Positions 58,946 through 64,000 of a stretch of DNA of 64,000 nucleotides are shown here, one piece after another. The notes under the pieces were generated by a model. It had not been told where the DNA came from, made no database searches, and worked only from the letters and a program-made list of their open reading frames with translations. The translations under genes and the position numbers were made by a program. Source of the DNA: Eutreptiella sp. 'Long Island Sound 2002' (lineage: Eukaryota > Protista > Euglenida); NCBI GenBank assembly GCA_964036045.1, contig OZ038378.1:173290001-173354000 (forward strand), given 5' to 3'. How positions within the stretch are numbered: position 1 is the stretch's first letter; the number at the start of each line of letters is the position of its first letter.

Positions 58946-61550
58946 GAGCAACGCGTGTGCCACACTGCACAGCGTACATCGACACAGCGTGCGCCATTGA
59001 GCACAGACGGACAGATTGCGGTAGAGCAGCATGCTAACGCTCCGAACAGCCAATTAGGCAGTGAGGGATTGATGCGAGCAGGGCCATGAAAGAAAGAAAA
59101 TATGCGGGTTGTACTGCAATGCACGAGCCGCGGTGCAGGAGACCAGCACCGACGACTGGTGTGCGGGGCATCTCCTTTACCCCTGGCTGCCTTTGCAAAA
59201 GCACCGTCCTGATCCTACATGCGGTGCCTGAGGGCGTAGTTGATCTTCATCCATGCACCGAGACCCATGTTCAGGTGTCTCCGAAAGTCCTATACGTTGA
59301 GGGATGCGTGGCATCAAGGGGCAACCTGCGAAACAGCCGTTAGGCAGCAGGGGCTATGCAGCCACAATCCATCCCCCAAAGGAAATCTTTGCCCCACACG
59401 CATACTTCAAATCAATCAGTATATGATATGTTGTGGACCCCCGCCCCCCCACGTCTGCTGGTCCATGCACCCCCGCCCCTCTCCCAAGGGGGCCTTCCGC
59501 CTGCTAACAGTTCGGGGGGGGGGCACAAGGCCGGGGGGGGGGGGGGCAGATGTCAGAAGCCGAGGATCCTTCCATTTATGCCCCAAAATTCCAGGAGGCA
59601 AAACAATCTTCTATGAAAACCAGCCGATAATAAAATTGTCACATGCTGTCTTGAAGGGGTGTGTTTGCAACATTATTGGTATACAGAAACAGCTACAAAT
59701 GCCGTCTGATCTGAGGACTTTTTTTGTGCGTGTTCTCTTGCCGTCTTGGATGTTCGCTTGCGGCATGTGCAACCGTCTTAGTGGACAACATTGAGGTCTA
59801 GGGCTGGGTGCCTTACAGAACATGCTCAAGCCCTAGTGATGCAACATGCCTCTCACAAGATAGCTACTATATCTGGCAGATCGTTTCAATCACGGAGGCC
59901 CCTTCACTGGAAATAGACATCTGCACTGTTGTGCCTCCATCCTCCAGATCCTCAAACTTGTTGCAGTCCCCTAATCAGGGACAAGCACACACAGGTCACC
60001 TACTACCCAGACCGAGGAGGCGCCCCTCCGTGGCCATAATGACCACACGCAGCACCATGGAAAATGGTTGCTTCCTTTTCTCGGTTCCAATTTTGCCATC
60101 GGTTGCAAGAGAACCCTCCTGCACGACATTGCCTTTGGTGAGCGGCCCAGGGAACCTGACAGAGGGGCATCGCAGGCCGGGCGAATAGGGGCGAAAAGGG
60201 GAGGAGCTCTTGGCCCCTGCGACTTCGCCCCTCATTTGCATATTTGTATCCATGGTTCGATTAGCATGGACCAGCGTAGACCTCCATGGGCAAGGCACGT
60301 ACCATGACATGCAAAACGGAATCGGACATCTCACAAGTTGATTGTGAGAAAGCTAAAGGAGACAAAGAGCTAACATTAACAGCATCGGCAACACTTTCAC
60401 AGCCGTTGGTGGCGTGGGTTGCTGTCAGGGGGGGGCACCCCCACCCAACGCCCGGGGCTGCTCCTCTGTTATCCCTTCTCATGGTGGTGATGGTGTTCCA
60501 TGCAACGTGTTCTATGTGTCTGTGTTGTGTGCCTTTGTGTCGGTGTCCATGTCTGTGTATGTCTGTGTCTGTGTCCCAACCAACGCAACCAAAGCCCTCG
60601 GCCATCACAGAGCAGAATGAGCGTGCAACGGACATGTGACCCCGTGTCACTGCGTCATCTTGGCATGCAACTCTAAGGCTAACTCATGCAACGCTGCGCT
60701 GTTGCAACCAGGCCATTGCACGGGGGGGGGGGGGGCTTGGTTGCCCCCCCCCCCCCCGAACCGTTGGCCGGAAGGCCCCTAGGGGGGGGGGGTTACATCA
60801 TGTCCTAGGACTGGTGGAGCTGGCCTCCCCGTGGGCCATTGCTTGACCTCGGAGGGGTGAAGGTGCTTTGGGCCCCCCGGGGGGGCCGACTCCTCGGGTT
60901 TGGACACCCAATACCCCCCCCACTAACTGTTGGCCGGAGGCCCCTGGGGGGGGGGGTTTGGTTTGGTTTGGGTCAAGGCCTGTGCCGGACGCGCAGGCCC
61001 ACGGTCAGCACCTGTCTTTGTGCCAACACGACTGGGCTAGGCAAGTCGCGGTTGTCCGGTGCCAAGGCCTGCCGGACTGTTGACCGCCCCCGTACTCCGC
61101 GGTGGCACACGCGGGAGGTAGATGCCGCCGTGCCTGTGTGTGTGGCGCGTGCGGGGCGGGAGGGCGGGGCGCGCATGCTGGTGGAGCTTGCGTCCCCTGG
61201 GGGGGGGGAGGGGGGGTTCTAGGAGGGGTGATGGGGGGGAGGGGGTCTGGGAGGGGCAAATGGGGGGGGGGTCCTGTGTGTCCGGTCTGGGCGGGGCAAT
61301 TTGTGCGGAGCTGGGGGGGGCGAGGGAGAACATGCCCCCAAGGCCAAGCATTGGTTCATTACAGGCTCCCCTTACCTCCACCTCCCCTTGCCCTCCCTCT
61401 AACCATACCATCACCGTAAACCTAACCATAACCTTTGCAGCGAGCTGGTTTGGCCATGCCAGCCATGTTGGTTAGGCTGAACAGGATCTTCCAAAATTTG
61501 TTCATGGCTCGTTTTAGCCACATCATTGCTCTCCATTTTGGACCCCAACA

Positions 61551-61725
61551 CTAACTCTAACCCTAGCCTAGGGTTAGAGCTAGGGTTAGGGTTGGGGCTA
61601 GGGCTAGTGTTTGGGTGAGGGCTAGGGTTAGGGTTAGGGCAAGGATTGGGGGTAGGGGTTAGGGTTAGGGTTCGGACTAGGCTTAGGGCTGGGGTGGGCG
61701 TTAGGGTCAAGGTTGGGTTTAAGGA
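61551..61725 (+). repeat. Degenerate interstitial telomeric (TTAGGG)n-like array with a hairpin at its left edge
   Basis: GGGTTA/GGGCTA hexamers; CTAACTCTAACCCTAG-C-CTAGGGTTAGAGCTAG at 61551-61583. Confidence 0.8.
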
Positions 61726-62143
61726 TAGTGTTGGGGTGCAAAGTGGACAAAAATTTCCTTCGGGTGCCTTTGGCGCCCTCGGAGCGTCGGGCGCCTTCGG
61801 CACCCATGGACTCCTGAGGCAACTAACTGTTGGCTGGAGGCCCCCCTTGGGGGAGGTGGGCTAGTTGGCGTCCTAGCACCCGCGGAGTTGGCCCCCCCGG
61901 ATTAGGCCCTGGGAGGCTGTGGTCAACGAAACCCAACCACACCAATAAGTGGACTCCAACCCAACCCAAGAAAAACCAGCATACCTTTTGCACTCCCCGA
62001 ATCGATTGCACCACAGCCGACATCAGTGTTCGAACCTGTCCCAGCCCTTGGCCACCCAAACCAAAAGAGCAGCACCCTCACTTTCAGGGGCAGGGGGGTT
62101 ACAATTGACCTAAAATGCCAAAAAACCGACACAGCCCATCCAC

Positions 62144-62356
62144 CCATCTTGACTGGGGGAGTTGGGCGAGGCGGACACTTGTATTACTAAGCCATGCCTG
62201 AACAGCCTGATTGCAACATGGCGTGATCGGAAGTGCAGATACCGCGAAAACTAAAGGAGCATCTTGGTTGAATAGTGCACTGCCGTCCAAGGCGGCGGCC
62301 TGCATAGCTTGTGAATGGTCATCCCGGACTCCGACACTGTTGAACCATGCGGAAAC
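62144..62356 (-). CDS. Possible exon with a SAM-domain-like segment (partial fifth gene)
   Basis: TTCAG|GTT acceptor; VSAWFNSVGV...MQAAALDGSALF resembles the SAM pattern V.xW..S.G....IDG..L. The 3' boundary is uncertain. Confidence 0.3.
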
Positions 62357-63620
62357 CTGAATCAACGCACATGACCAGAGATACCACTGGGACTTTCCCT
62401 GAACAGACCCTGTCCTGGCACGTTGCCGTCCCTTTACGTGGGCCTAAGGGGCCTGACACTAAATCATGGCAAATCAGCGGAACACTGACCCCAGCCCGAC
62501 TACGGTACACAGCGAGACGTCACTCACCGAGGAACTGTGGAGACGAAGGGGGTTGGCCGCGCACAAAACTTGGGCCCGGGATCTTCGGGCTCGAGGCGGA
62601 GTGTTGAGGGGGGGGGGTGTCTCAGGCTCTATGACAGAGGCAATCCGCTCTCTTTGACAACTGAGGGAGTGTCATGTCACGCCTGCCCGCCTACTGTCCT
62701 AAATCTGAATCCCACGCCCACCTGCGGGGGGGGTCAAATAGTGTCCGGTTCACTCTTTGCCATGTCAGAATTCCATTAAAATTTTGTGCATGGTGACTCC
62801 ACATCAATGGGGTTTAAATAACTGTTGACTACTCAACATAAACAAAAAACAGAAATTCAGGCAGACGCACAAATGCATCCCCCAAAGCGCCCAACGCGGC
62901 GGAATGTTGTCGGCTCACTGTGTATGCGAACAGACTGCTGCCCCTCATGGGCCTCGGATCGGGGAGCTCGACGGGTGCGGTGTTGGAGTCCCCGCTTAAA
63001 CGCCCCGCATGATATGCCCGGACGCAAGGAATCACGGCAAAACAGAGACCACACCACATTTGCTGTGCGGCCCACACAAACAGGCGCGCGAACCCCCTCC
63101 TCGGGTTGTGAGTTCTTGCACCTCGTCCCCCCCCTGCCGCCCCTGTCTGCTTCGCCACCTCCCCGGGCTGTCTCAGACAACCAAAAGGATCCCATTGGAC
63201 CGCTTTTTGTCCTTTGCACTGCGGCATTCTGCTGCTGGTTGGTATGGGGTCAGGACATTTTTCGGTCATTTTTTGACCATTTCGGACCAAATCATGGCCA
63301 CCGACGGCGCTAATGCAGTGAAACAGGTGGTGAAATGTGGCACCGAGCGTTGTTGTTCATCGTCTCGGTTGGTTTGACTTCGCATGGTACACGCTACCAG
63401 CCCCTGACATACCCAAAATGCGGAAAAAAAAGGCGAAGTTTGGCCATTTTTGATAATTTCTGGGCCTCGTAGGACCGGGCGGTGTCCATTGCCCATTGTT
63501 GACTTTTTGTGCTCCGAGGGATTGCACGTCATTCACCCAGGAATCACCCATCGAAATTTGGGAGGAAACCAAACCACTGGGGCCAAAATTTGATTCTTTT
63601 GGCATTTCTGCGCAGCTAAC

Positions 63621-63729
63621 GTGCACGTGCTTGTGCAGATTGCACTGCAGGTGTCCTTCGTATGGGAAATACAGTCCCTGCAGTTGGGCGACCCCGCGCT
63701 TTTGGGCTTCAGCCAAGCATTCTGCCCAT
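63621..63729 (-). CDS. Possible upstream exon of the same partial gene
   Basis: CTCTTCCACAG| acceptor; WAECLAEAQKRGVAQLQGLYFPYEGHLQCNLHKHVH; phase-0 donor CAC|GTTAGC compatible with 62356. Confidence 0.3.
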
Positions 63730-63893
63730 CTGTGGAAGAGGTGCAGACGCAGTTAAGAGTACGCCGCGTGTGCCACCTTCGCCCCGCTCACGGATACCAG
63801 GACGTTGTCCGTCGCATGAGGTGCAGAGCACAGGAGGAGAAGAAGGAAAAGAAAAAAGGGAAAGAATGATTGTGGTTGTTAAAAGCCCCTGTC

Positions 63894-64000
63894 GGGAAAA
63901 TTGTCCTGCAAACGCATACCCCAGCGCGCACAAGGCAGTGCTGGAGTCGGCAAACCCCGCACGGACTCGGAGTGTGCATCTGGATGCACCTGATCAACGG
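63894..64000 (-). repeat. Repeat family B copy, cut by the window end
   Basis: Reverse complement of about 30085-30195. Confidence 0.85.

Noticed and set aside
61411-61803. ORF with (TL/NP)n low-complexity peptide
   Set aside because: Translation of the telomere-like array.

Overview
Repeat-rich eukaryotic nuclear DNA with GC-rich exons, kb-long GT-AG introns, TTAGGG telomere-type repeats and polypyrimidine-AG sites just before start codons. A euglenozoan (euglenid-like) origin is inferred, not proven. Four genes can be assembled by hand: (1) the 3' end of a GDPD1/3-like glycerophosphodiesterase (+); (2) a 6-exon HRQ1/RECQL4-type DEAH helicase with DUF1998 (+, about 1477 aa); (3) a 5-exon PKDCC/POMK-like secretory-pathway kinase (-, about 471 aa); (4) a 2-exon protein (-, about 1152 aa) with a Dpy-30/RIIa-like docking motif, then an intact ThrRS-N/uridine-kinase module, then a second copy with a degenerate P-loop. 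Two exons of a possible fifth gene lie near the right end. Plus-strand genes sit on the left and minus-strand genes on the right, converging across a 9 kb AT-richer spacer. Introns and spacers hold a 5.5 kb 5'-truncated L1/Tx1-like LINE with a C-terminal RNase H1-like domain and a tRNA-like 3' UTR, plus a 115-bp copy of the same LINE family. Both LINE copies have target-site duplications at C7-TC tracts and no poly(A) tail. Also present: pogo-like and other TIR elements (two keep intact truncated ORFs), a foldback element, dispersed repeats, and telomeric-repeat insertions. All annotation is by eye; no searches were run.
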